From a virus (lineage: Duplodnaviria; Caudoviricetes): 45,135 nucleotides of DNA. The translations under genes were made by a program, and so were the position numbers. The stretch is from positions 1 through 45,135 of the IMG/VR virus record IMGVR_UViG_3300037311_000503; one strand, 5' to 3'. Under the pieces are notes generated by a model. It ran no database searches, was not told the DNA's origin, and saw only the letters and a list, made by a program, of their open reading frames with translations. This document shows, piece after piece, positions 1 through 8,737 of this stretch (position 1 is the first letter of the stretch; every line of letters starts with the position of its first letter).

Positions 1-390
1 TCACTTAGATACTGAGTCAAGCATCACCGCGAGCCCTCGCAGTGCCCTTGCCGTGGCGGCCGCGCCGTGGCGGGTGAGCATGGCAGCAAGCAGGGCCTCC
101 GCCTCCGTGCGTTCTTGCCTGTCGACCTTGGCATCACGTAGCGAGCTCTCAAGTTTTGCTGCCGACCGAAACGCACGATCCTCGGCGGGGCTCAGGGGCT
201 TGAGCCCGTCAAGCGCTGTCAGCAGGCCCTCCGCTGTCCGGATGGACATTACACACTCCTGTCGTGCAAACTGGTGAGGCAGGCTGCTGTGGCTGATCTT
301 TGCTGCACGAGCGATAGCGCGGACGCTGACCTTTCGATCGGCGATGAGCTGTTTCAGGAAGCGTCCGAAATGTGGAGTTGCGGTCGCCAT
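1..390 (-). CDS. XRE-family HTH repressor (cI-like)
   Basis: N-terminal HTH FGRFLKQLIADRKVSVRAIARAAKISHSSL; divergent from the early operon. Confidence 0.75.
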   Translation of the reverse strand: MATATPHFGRFLKQLIADRKVSVRAIARAAKISHSSLPHQFARQECVMSIRTAEGLLTALDGLKPLSPAEDRAFRSAAKLESSLRDAKVDRQERTEAEALLAAMLTRHGAAATARALRGLAVMLDSVSK

Positions 391-442
391 TGTGCATGAT
401 ACTTCGGCGGACTTGCGTCGGCGGGGCCTGTTTGAGCCTGAA

Positions 443-453
443 ATGTACTACAT
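443..453. promoter_or_regulatory. Operator-like palindrome ATGTACTACAT
   Basis: Odd palindrome in the divergent repressor/early intergenic region, with near copies at 24960 and 41242. Confidence 0.5.
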
Positions 454-514
454 GGTTCAAGTGGCGACACACATAGCCGATACGATCCCCCTACTGGTGC
501 TGCTGGGGCTGAAG

Positions 515-802
515 GTGAACACTGAATACATGACCTTTGCGGAGGTCGCTAAGCGACTTTCGACTCACGACAAGCGGATATCTGCGCAAGCGGTCTACAT
601 GTGGACCTATCGCGGGGTGTACGGACGGGGCAAAGCAAGGCGCTCAAGGCCAATCAAGCTGAAGACCACGTGCATGCCTTCGGGCTTGCGTGTTTCTCAC
701 AGCGCCCTCGCGAAGTTCCTGTCGGACCTTCAGCCAGGTATGGCTGTGGTCAAATCACACGACACAATCGACACAAATCCTCTTGACCAGGTGGAGGGCT
801 GA
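515..802 (+). CDS. DUF1580-like HTH protein (Cro/excisionase-like)
   Basis: AVYMWTYRGV...IKLKTT...VSHSALAKFL pattern resembles DUF1580. Start is GTG515 or ATG530; stop overlaps the next ATG. Confidence 0.65.
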   Translation: MNTEYMTFAEVAKRLSTHDKRISAQAVYMWTYRGVYGRGKARRSRPIKLKTTCMPSGLRVSHSALAKFLSDLQPGMAVVKSHDTIDTNPLDQVEG

Positions 803-3525
803 TGGACTGGATACGAACAAGCAAAGCGCGTCCGTGTCCGGTCTGCGGCGGTCACGGCTGGTGTGCGTTCAGACGCGAAGGCATCAACGCCCGCGGAGAC
901 ATTGAAAGCGAATGGTGCAAGTGCATGCGACGGCACGCTGGCGACTCGCCAGATGATCCGTCATACCGCTGGGAAGTTGGCGGCGAAGACCGATGTGGGC
1001 ATTGGTCTAAATGGGTTGCTGCAACGCACAAGATTCAGAGCCTTGACGATGCGTCGCGTGCACGATGGGCGGCTGCTGCTGAAGCTCGCAAGGCGGAGAG
1101 CTTACGACGTGAGCAGGAGAAGCTCCGACGTGGACGCGAGCTGGCGACACGGGAGTGGCGAGCGGCGGAGCAACATCCGGGCGGCGGTAAAGGACACAGC
1201 CGAGTAGTCGAGTATCTGCGAGCGCGGGGAATCGACCTGACGGCAGACGCCGTGCCGCGCACGCTGGCCTTTCACCCGATGGCGATCGAAGCATGGGTCG
1301 CTGAAGCAAATGAGTGGTCCTCCTGGCCAGCAATGGCCGCGTGCGTCACTGATCAGTTTGGCACGCAGTGCGGTATTCACCTGACCTACCTGGACCACAA
1401 TGCACCAAAGAAACGAGCTGGCGACACTCCGCGCAAGAAGTTTGGGCCTTGCGGCGGCGGAGCCGTGCGACTTGTGGACAGGCCGCAATCGCGCGTCCTG
1501 GTCTTGGGCGAGGGGATCGAAACGACGCTAAGCGTTGCCTGGTCGCTTGACATGCGTTGCTCGGCATGGGCGGCGTTGGATGCGACGTCCCTTGCTAATC
1601 TGAAGTTTCCAGCGGACACGTTTGCGCCCAGGACCGGCGTGCACAGCGTCTGGATCGCAGCGGATCTTGACGCGAACAGCGTCGGGGAAAAAGGTGCTCG
1701 CAGCCTTGCGCAAAGACTCGTGAGCGAGTTTCCGCACATCACAGTTGAGATACGTCCGCCGCAGCACGCGGGAGTGCCAGAGCTGGTTGGAAAGGGCGAG
1801 CGACCCTTGCAAGGCAAAGGTGTGGACTGGAACGATGTGCTCATCAAACTTGGGGCGGATCGCCTGAAGGCAGCGTTTCTGCAAGGATTCAGGCCGGAGG
1901 ACGCTGCAAGCAGAAGTGATACCTACGACCCGCAAACCCCCGCACCCCCAGTGAGTGCGACGATGCAGCTCGGGACTCAGGCGGACGAAGTAAAGCTGAT
2001 GCCCGAGCAGCCCATCGATCAGGCTCGCCGGTTCTTAGCTGAAAAGCGACGTCCGGTTGGGGTGGTCGATCAAAGCCGGCATTGGACCCTGCAGCGGTGG
2101 CAGGGTGCGTGGTACGAGTTTACTGACGGTGTGTACGAGGAGTCGTCGCCTGAAATCGTCCGAGCACTTGTGAGCCGATGGGCAAGTGACGGATTTTTGA
2201 TCCGCAAAGGCCGTGAGGAAAAGCAACGCGTTGAAAGCTATGTCGCGACAGATCGGGCCGTGGGGAACGTGGTCGCGGAGCTGCAGGGACTTGTCCAGGT
2301 GCGTGCAGAAACGACACCAGTGTTTCTGCCTGAAATGTTTGATGGGGCGGGAGAGCCGATGTGGTCGTCGACGCTGCGATCAGCAACGCCGATCGCGAAC
2401 GTGCTTGCGTTCGCCGATGGGCTGCTGATGTTAGATGAATGGCGCAAAGGCAAGCTCGTTGTGCTGCCACACACGGAGCGTCTCTTCACCCTTGCAAGAT
2501 TGCCCTACCCAATCGACCTCCCGAGTATTGAACGCGTCATGGCCAGCGATGATCCCGATGAGGCTATCAAGCGAGCTTGCCCCACGTGGCACGCATTCCT
2601 CGAGGACGTCAGCTCCGGCTCGTCTCAATGGATCGCGTCGCTCCAGGAGTGGTTTGGCTACAGCCTTACAACGAGTCGGGAGTTCGAAAAAATACTCGTT
2701 ATTCAAGGCCCGACTCGCTCGGGCAAAGGCACGATCGAACGGACCTGGATGCGCATGCTTGGCGAGCGCAACGTGGGAGCGACCTCATTTTCGCTTTTGT
2801 CGCAGCGGTTTCATTTGAGCACCCTGGTCGGGCGCTTGCTGGCTGTTATGAGCGATGCGCACATCGGTCGCATGACTGACAGCACGCAAGCCGTTGAGCT
2901 CCTCAAAGCGATTAGCGGCGGTGATGCGGTCCCCATCGAAACAAAGTACAGCAGCTACATGCCATCTATCCGTCTGCCATGCAAAGTAGTGATCTATTGC
3001 AACGAGCCCCCATCGATGCAGGACTCAAGCGGGGCGCTCGCAGGGCGATTGCACGTTTTGCCCATGGTCAAGAGCTACCTCGGCAAAGAGGACATCGGAC
3101 TCAAAGCGAGGCTTGCGGGGGAAACACGCGGCGTGTTGTTGTGGGCTCTGATGGGGCTGCGGAGGCTATGGACGCAGGGATACCTCACGGTGCCTGTGGA
3201 GTCGGCCAACGCAGCTGATGACTTCGCACGATCTGCGAGCCCGCTGGTGCAGTTTGTTGCCGATCACTGCGTGATTCAGCCAGATGCGTCGATTGCAACA
3301 AAGGAGCTGTACGAGGCTTGGAAGGTTTGGTGCAGAGCCTCGGGGCACCAGGAAGGAAGCCTGAGCACGCTCAGTCGGCGCCTCAACGGTGCCTATGCGG
3401 TAAGAGCGACGCCTACGAGCCGTGATGGCGGAAGCGTTCGGTTCTATCGCGGTATTAAGCTGCATTCGCCTCCGCCTGGGTTTGAGCCCTCGCGTGAAGC
3501 CTCTGACATGCCATGGGGTCAGTAA
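802..3525 (+). CDS. Primase-helicase (Zn-binding, Toprim, D5/P4-type SF3 helicase)
   Basis: CPVCGG...C zinc motif, Toprim GEGIET and AADLD, DWND, Walker A GPTRSGKGT, LLKAISGGD. Confidence 0.92.
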   Translation: MDWIRTSKARPCPVCGGHGWCAFRREGINARGDIESEWCKCMRRHAGDSPDDPSYRWEVGGEDRCGHWSKWVAATHKIQSLDDASRARWAAAAEARKAESLRREQEKLRRGRELATREWRAAEQHPGGGKGHSRVVEYLRARGIDLTADAVPRTLAFHPMAIEAWVAEANEWSSWPAMAACVTDQFGTQCGIHLTYLDHNAPKKRAGDTPRKKFGPCGGGAVRLVDRPQSRVLVLGEGIETTLSVAWSLDMRCSAWAALDATSLANLKFPADTFAPRTGVHSVWIAADLDANSVGEKGARSLAQRLVSEFPHITVEIRPPQHAGVPELVGKGERPLQGKGVDWNDVLIKLGADRLKAAFLQGFRPEDAASRSDTYDPQTPAPPVSATMQLGTQADEVKLMPEQPIDQARRFLAEKRRPVGVVDQSRHWTLQRWQGAWYEFTDGVYEESSPEIVRALVSRWASDGFLIRKGREEKQRVESYVATDRAVGNVVAELQGLVQVRAETTPVFLPEMFDGAGEPMWSSTLRSATPIANVLAFADGLLMLDEWRKGKLVVLPHTERLFTLARLPYPIDLPSIERVMASDDPDEAIKRACPTWHAFLEDVSSGSSQWIASLQEWFGYSLTTSREFEKILVIQGPTRSGKGTIERTWMRMLGERNVGATSFSLLSQRFHLSTLVGRLLAVMSDAHIGRMTDSTQAVELLKAISGGDAVPIETKYSSYMPSIRLPCKVVIYCNEPPSMQDSSGALAGRLHVLPMVKSYLGKEDIGLKARLAGETRGVLLWALMGLRRLWTQGYLTVPVESANAADDFARSASPLVQFVADHCVIQPDASIATKELYEAWKVWCRASGHQEGSLSTLSRRLNGAYAVRATPTSRDGGSVRFYRGIKLHSPPPGFEPSREASDMPWGQ

Positions 3526-3565
3526 TCGCTCTTGCCCCGCACCTGCCCCGCACCCCAATAAAAAC

Positions 3566-3587
3566 ACACAACTACGCGTAGTTGTGT
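3566..3587. repeat. Perfect 22-bp palindrome, candidate origin element
   Basis: ACACAACTACGCGTAGTTGTGT lies just downstream of the helicase gene; a related GGAAAACTACAC occurs at 3666. Confidence 0.6.
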
Positions 3588-3892
3588 AGTTTTTCCATTG
3601 GTGAAGCCATCGGATTGGCGTCGTCCTGCGCTTTGCGCTTCTGCCTCACAGGTGCGAAGGGAATAGGAAAACTACACACTAGGTGTAGCGCGACGCGTCC
3701 AAGGTACTACGGGCGGCGGGGGGAGGTGTAAAGAGGGCGCGAGGCGACGGAAAGGGGTGTGGAGAGGGGGCGGATGCGGGGCTGAGCACCTGGCGGCTTG
3801 GCGGGCCCTCCTGGTCGATGGCGGGGCGGCGCGAGGGGATGGGGGCGCGGGGAAAAGTGTGGCGGACGGGGGTACGGGGGGCGCGGGGCGGA

Positions 3893-4885
3893 ATGATGTT
3901 ACTAACTGGTGGGCGAAGGGGAGCTGTGATGTTGGACAGGCGAGCGCTTATCGCGATGGTGGTTTGCAACTTAGTGGCGACGCTGCTGGCGCTCTCGATT
4001 GTGAGCGTGCCCAGCTGCGGGAAGCAGCGATCGCCACTGGCTATGCCGGACGAGCTGCGGGCGACGATGCGGCAGGATGCTGGCGTGATTGCACGCGGCG
4101 ATACCGCAAAGGTGGAAACGGCTGCAGCGGGGCCTGCAAAGCAGGACGCGGCAACGGCGCCGGTCAAGGCGCCGGGCAAGGCGAAGGACAGGGCAACGGA
4201 AAAGCCAACGGGCGCGCCTGCGGGCACGCCAACAGTCGATGAGAAGCTTGTCAAGCCCGCAGCTGATGCTGCGGCGGGGATGCGAAAAACCGCACGAGCG
4301 GTGCTGTTGCCGCTGGTGTGGGTGTGCGGGTTGTCGGCGGTGCTGGGCGGCGTTGCAAGCATCTTTGTGCCGGTGATTCCGCGCAGGGCGGTCGCGGCGG
4401 CGGGCGGGGCGTTTGCGGCGAGCCTGGTGCTGCTCTACACGATCGATCGGTATGGGCCACTGTTTGCCGAGATCGTCATTTGGGCGGCGGTCGTGCTGGG
4501 TGTGCTGGTGGCGGTGCCTTGGGCGAGCGCCCTGGTGAAAGTGAGTCGGGCAAGGGCGCGTGAGCGTGAGGCGCTTGCGCTGATTGTCAAAGGGCACCCG
4601 GACGCGGGCGTGGCAATGCTGGCTGCCGAGGTGCCGTCAATCAAGGCCCAGCGCAAGGGGCTCTTGCAAACGGTTCAGGCAATGACGGCGGCCTGGCAGG
4701 GGACAAGCCCTCCGCTACCCGATGTTGCCAAGCGGGTCATGCTCGCTGGGCTTGTGTCTGAGGCGAAGCGCGGCGATGTGCTGGCGCAGTCACCAACCGT
4801 CGATGATCGCGCGGGATGGCCGGGCGGACCTAGCCAAGGGGCCTCCGGCGGGGGCGGCAGCGGCGCGGTGCTCGTCGGCTCGTAA
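3893..4885 (+). CDS. Membrane protein with possible lipoprotein signal (lysis-module candidate)
   Basis: Hydrophobic N-terminus ending VSVPSC, an Ala/Lys/Pro linker, then about three TM segments. Start uncertain. Confidence 0.55.
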   Translation: MMLLTGGRRGAVMLDRRALIAMVVCNLVATLLALSIVSVPSCGKQRSPLAMPDELRATMRQDAGVIARGDTAKVETAAAGPAKQDAATAPVKAPGKAKDRATEKPTGAPAGTPTVDEKLVKPAADAAAGMRKTARAVLLPLVWVCGLSAVLGGVASIFVPVIPRRAVAAAGGAFAASLVLLYTIDRYGPLFAEIVIWAAVVLGVLVAVPWASALVKVSRARAREREALALIVKGHPDAGVAMLAAEVPSIKAQRKGLLQTVQAMTAAWQGTSPPLPDVAKRVMLAGLVSEAKRGDVLAQSPTVDDRAGWPGGPSQGASGGGGSGAVLVGS

Positions 4886-4904
4886 CTGGATTCTTCCTCT
4901 CCTC

Positions 4905-4943
4905 TGCTTGCAGTTTGGCTTCAGGCTGACTGCAAGCATTTTT
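4905..4943 (+). terminator. Rho-independent terminator
   Basis: TGCTTGCAGT...ACTGCAAGCA stem followed by TTTTT. Confidence 0.7.
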
Positions 4944-4987
4944 AACGCAAACAAGCCGGAGCAGCTTCGGTTTGAATAGGGGCACAT

Positions 4988-5398
4988 GTGCAGCAACACA
5001 CGCAGACGCAAGGGCAGAATGAAGGGCAGCTCAAAAATGAGCGTGTATTCTCTGTTGAGTTTTGGCGGCGCATGATCGCAAGTTTGATGGTAGGACTGAT
5101 TCTGCTTGTCATCGGTCAGACCATCGGCGTGATCGCCGCCGCCATGATTTGGAAGAGTGCGTTTGAGCAGCGCATGACGCAGCTTGCTGCGAGCGACATC
5201 GCTCAAACCAAGCTGCTCGAGCAGCATGCGCTCCTGCTTTCCAACCTCTCGACGTTTACCCCATCGAGTCGCGTCGATCGCCTTGAGGACAAGCTTGGCG
5301 AGTTGCGCAGTTCGGTTGATCGTTTGTCGGGCTCATTCGAGCAGTTTGTCAATCAGGCCCGGGGCAGAGGCGGGCAATCGCCCGCCGCAAACCCGTAG
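4988..5398 (+). CDS. Single-TM coiled-coil protein (holin- or spanin-like candidate)
   Basis: TM segment IASLMVGLILLVIGQTIGVIAAAMIW, then heptad coil RVDRLEDKLGELRSSVDRL. Confidence 0.55.
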   Translation: MQQHTQTQGQNEGQLKNERVFSVEFWRRMIASLMVGLILLVIGQTIGVIAAAMIWKSAFEQRMTQLAASDIAQTKLLEQHALLLSNLSTFTPSSRVDRLEDKLGELRSSVDRLSGSFEQFVNQARGRGGQSPAANP

Positions 5399-5452
5399 CA
5401 GGCTGAGCGTGACAAGCACGTTTGGTAGACAACCGCAACACGGAGGTGGTTT

Positions 5453-6037
5453 ATGGGTGGAGACATTACAGTTTCGGCACCGATTCAGTTCAGCGGCCCT
5501 GAGCTGTCCTTGGTGGGAGCGGGCGTGCCGACGCTGTCGCAGTTTCAGTTTGACAGTGTTGCCGCACTGCGGGCCGCCATTCCTATCGCTAGTGCGCACG
5601 TGATCACTCTGGCTGGTTTGGACCCAGACAGCACGCCGATTCGCCTCGAGCTCAACGCGGCTTGCAATCCGAACGGTGCAACGCGGCGGTTGTTCGAGAG
5701 GCTGTATGTCATCCGCGCCGCATCGCTCGACCAGACGCCGAGCGTCATTCTTGAGCCGTGGGCCGACCTCGAATGGACGATCGATCCGGCGGTGGCAATG
5801 CCGCTGACGGTCGCGACTCGTCTCAATCGGCGGCTCGCGTCGAGTGTTGTCGTGGCCGATCACGGGCGGGGTGTCGCAAAGGCGGGCTACCCGGTGCGGA
5901 CGTGCAACAACGTGGGCGCTGCGGGGCCAGCGACGGCGATTGTGTATGACCCCGGCGTTGCGGTAGGCTGGGTGCGGCACATCGCCCGCGAGGCGGGGGC
6001 AACCGCGCACGAAGGGCTGCACACGCATTGGCGGTAA
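5453..6037 (+). CDS. Hypothetical protein
   Basis: GGAGGT SD before the ATG; co-oriented with neighbours. Confidence 0.7.
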   Translation: MGGDITVSAPIQFSGPELSLVGAGVPTLSQFQFDSVAALRAAIPIASAHVITLAGLDPDSTPIRLELNAACNPNGATRRLFERLYVIRAASLDQTPSVILEPWADLEWTIDPAVAMPLTVATRLNRRLASSVVVADHGRGVAKAGYPVRTCNNVGAAGPATAIVYDPGVAVGWVRHIAREAGATAHEGLHTHWR

Positions 6038-6070
6038 GGTGGGCAAAGAGGCTGGGTGGAGGAGGACCAC

Positions 6071-6523
6071 ATGGGCAGGAAGGATGGAAAGCACTGGTAT
6101 CGCAAGGGGCGCGAGCTTTCGGCGTTGCCGCAAGGCACCGAAGAAAGGCTGGCGGCAAAGCTGGTGGCAAACGGGGAGTGTCTGGAGTTTTGTGGGTTCA
6201 AAACTCCCAAGGGCTACGGCCAACTCAAGGTGGGCGGCCAGGCCGAGTACGCGCATCGCATCGCCTACGCCTTGTGGGTGGGCGAGTTGGAAGCGGGGAT
6301 GACCGTCGATCACACCTGCCGCAACTGCAGCTGCTGCAACCCGGCGCATCTGCGGTTGCTGACGGTGGAGGACAACTTACGCGCGCGGTACGCAAACGAG
6401 GCGCAGGATCACGCGCATGCGGCAGATACCGCAGTGGATGCCATGCTTGCCCAGACGAGTGGACCTGCTGGCGTCGCCAGGGGCTGGAAGCCCTGGTATG
6501 GAGAGAACGAACCGTGGTTGTAG
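6071..6523 (+). CDS. HNH endonuclease
   Basis: GYGQL...AHRIAY...VDHTCRNCSCCNPAHL; GGAGG SD. Confidence 0.9.
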   Translation: MGRKDGKHWYRKGRELSALPQGTEERLAAKLVANGECLEFCGFKTPKGYGQLKVGGQAEYAHRIAYALWVGELEAGMTVDHTCRNCSCCNPAHLRLLTVEDNLRARYANEAQDHAHAADTAVDAMLAQTSGPAGVARGWKPWYGENEPWL

Positions 6524-7446
6524 ATGATGCCCAGCAGCAGCTTGCCGAGTTGACGCCCGATGCGGCGGGCAGTCTCGCTGCTAGCCAGCGAACGCTGACT
6601 GCGGTTGCGGTCGCGGAGCAGCTGACGGCGCTTGGGAGAAAGACCAACAAACACACGGTGCTTAGCTGGACCAAGCCGGGCGGGCCGGGTGGAGCAAAGA
6701 CGCTCGCGTTTGCGACGGGGACGGTGGCGGGCGGGACCGCCAAGCTGTTTGCGTTCGCAGAGGTGCTTGAGTATCTTCGCACCAATGGGTTGGCGATGCC
6801 AGTTGCTGCGAAGGCGGCGAGCGATACAACACGTGCGGATGCAGCGGGCAACGGGACCGGCACGACACACCCATCGACTTTGGAAGTGCGGTCGGATGGG
6901 ACGCTTGGTGGACAGGCCTCGGCCAGAAAGTACGTTGTCGATGGCGACGTGGACCTGGACAAGGTGCTGACCGATCTGGATGGCAAGATTCGGCTCCTTC
7001 TGAGCAGCACCCCCGACACGATCAGTGAGACGCAAAAGTTTGCGGCGTCGATCAAAGCGTTGTTTGCCGAGGTGCGCGCGATGATGCTCGCGAGCCACGA
7101 GCACAAGCTTCGGCAGGCCTCAGTGCTGCCGCGCGACAGCGTGACGCGGATGCTGGCCGAGCTGGCGCAGATGTTCCGGTCGCAGGCTGAATCGCTGGTA
7201 GCGGATGTGCCTGCTCGCGCGATGGTCGCGCTGGGAAAGAGCGGTGCGCAAGTGGAAGCGATCGAAGCGGCGTGCGGCATTGGCAAGGGCGAGCTCGCAA
7301 CGACGCTGCGGACAACGACGCAGGGTGCAGTCGAGGCGATGCTGCGGGGCTTGGCCGAGCGGTTTCGCGACTGCGAGCTGCTCACAGGCAAGCCTGACTC
7401 GCAAGGCGACGCCAACCAACAAGACAACACAGGAGCGATGCGATGA
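6514..7446 (+). CDS. Putative terminase small subunit
   Basis: N-terminal winged-HTH-like segment (VAEQLTALGRKTNKHTVLSW...LF) and a helical C-terminus as in Nu1-like proteins; upstream of TerL. Confidence 0.55.
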   Translation: MVVDDAQQQLAELTPDAAGSLAASQRTLTAVAVAEQLTALGRKTNKHTVLSWTKPGGPGGAKTLAFATGTVAGGTAKLFAFAEVLEYLRTNGLAMPVAAKAASDTTRADAAGNGTGTTHPSTLEVRSDGTLGGQASARKYVVDGDVDLDKVLTDLDGKIRLLLSSTPDTISETQKFAASIKALFAEVRAMMLASHEHKLRQASVLPRDSVTRMLAELAQMFRSQAESLVADVPARAMVALGKSGAQVEAIEAACGIGKGELATTLRTTTQGAVEAMLRGLAERFRDCELLTGKPDSQGDANQQDNTGAMR

Positions 7447-8288
7447 CGGAATCAACAAAGCCTGCGATTGTGCCTGCGGTAATGGGTACGCAGTATGAGC
7501 TGATGCACGGGGACTGTTGCGAGGTACTCACCAAAGTTTGTAGCGGCAGTGTTCACTGCATTCTTGCCGACCCGCCGTATGGGATCGCGTACGAGGCGAA
7601 GCAGCTGGCGATGCTGGCCAACGACCAGCAGCCCTATGTGTGGTGGCTCTCGCATGCGTCGCGCGTGCTTGCCGAGGAGGGCGTGCTGGTCTGTTTTTGC
7701 CGGTGGGACGTGGGCGAGGCGTTTCGCCAGGCCATCGCATGGAGCGGGCTGCAGATGGCTGGGCAGCTGGTGTGGGACCGGATGCTGCATGGGCAGGGCG
7801 ACACCAGCCGCATGCCAGCGCCGCAGCATGACATCGCGTGGGTCGCGACGAAAGGAAAGTGGTCGTTTCCAGGGAGCCGTGGTCGCAGCGTGCTTCGGGC
7901 GATGAAAGAGCGAGGAGGCTTTGGGGAGTGTGCCAAGGGCCTCTTGCATCCGACGATGAAGCCCATCGCCCTCATGGAAGAGCTGGTGCTGACATACAGC
8001 GCGCCAGGACAGACGGTGCTGAACCCCACCATGGGCAGTGGCAGCACTGGCGTGGCGGCGGTCAAGCATGGCCGGAAGTTTGTCGGCATTGAGCTCGACG
8101 ACACGTACTTCGCGGTGGCAAAGGCGCGCATCGCGCGGGCGGCGGAGGAGCGGTCGATGTTTTGCGGGATCAAAGAGAGCGGCAACGCGGCATCTCAGGA
8201 TGCCCAGCAGCTGTCGCTGCTCGAGGACGTGTCGGCGGGGCATGAGCCGAGCAAGGCAGGGGACACAACAGAAAGGGGTGAAGGATGA
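7443..8288 (+). CDS. DNA methyltransferase (N6A/N4C, beta class)
   Basis: GDC, DPPY, HPTMKP, VLNPTMGSGSTG and GIELD motifs. Confidence 0.92.
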   Translation: MTESTKPAIVPAVMGTQYELMHGDCCEVLTKVCSGSVHCILADPPYGIAYEAKQLAMLANDQQPYVWWLSHASRVLAEEGVLVCFCRWDVGEAFRQAIAWSGLQMAGQLVWDRMLHGQGDTSRMPAPQHDIAWVATKGKWSFPGSRGRSVLRAMKERGGFGECAKGLLHPTMKPIALMEELVLTYSAPGQTVLNPTMGSGSTGVAAVKHGRKFVGIELDDTYFAVAKARIARAAEERSMFCGIKESGNAASQDAQQLSLLEDVSAGHEPSKAGDTTERGEG

Positions 8289-8737
8289 GCCAGGTGCATC
8301 AGCGGAAGGACCACAATGTGTTTCGCGGAGACGCATCGCCTCATGACGCAGGCGACGCGGCACAGGCAACGCTGCGCACAACCAGCACGGCGGCGAGGCA
8401 CGTGTGTGTGGTGACGCGGCTGCGCGATCATCGGTACTGTGCGATCATCCTCGAGCCTGTGATCGGGCCGGTTTGGGAAGCAATCGCTGATGGTCGAGCG
8501 CCGGAGGTGGTGCTGACGCTGACGGGCAGTGAGGAGCACGAGCTGCTGGCGGCGGTGCGGGATGCTGCGATGCACAGTGGCTGGGCGGTGGACATGCTGG
8601 GCGATGTGCGGAGCCGCGCAGTGTGTGACGAGGTGATGACACGGTGTGGCAGCTTTGGCCTGCGGCAAATTGCCCGGGCGATTGATGCGTGCATGCGGCG
8701 GGGTACAAGCAACGCAAAGGGGGAACGCAGGTGGTAG
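8285..8737 (+). CDS. Hypothetical protein
   Basis: ATGA overlap with the methyltransferase gene. Confidence 0.65.
   Translation: MSQVHQRKDHNVFRGDASPHDAGDAAQATLRTTSTAARHVCVVTRLRDHRYCAIILEPVIGPVWEAIADGRAPEVVLTLTGSEEHELLAAVRDAAMHSGWAVDMLGDVRSRAVCDEVMTRCGSFGLRQIARAIDACMRRGTSNAKGERRW

Noticed and set aside
7443-8288. Restriction-modification system with the HNH gene
   Set aside because: The HNH is a small phage type next to TerS, and orphan methyltransferases are common in phages.
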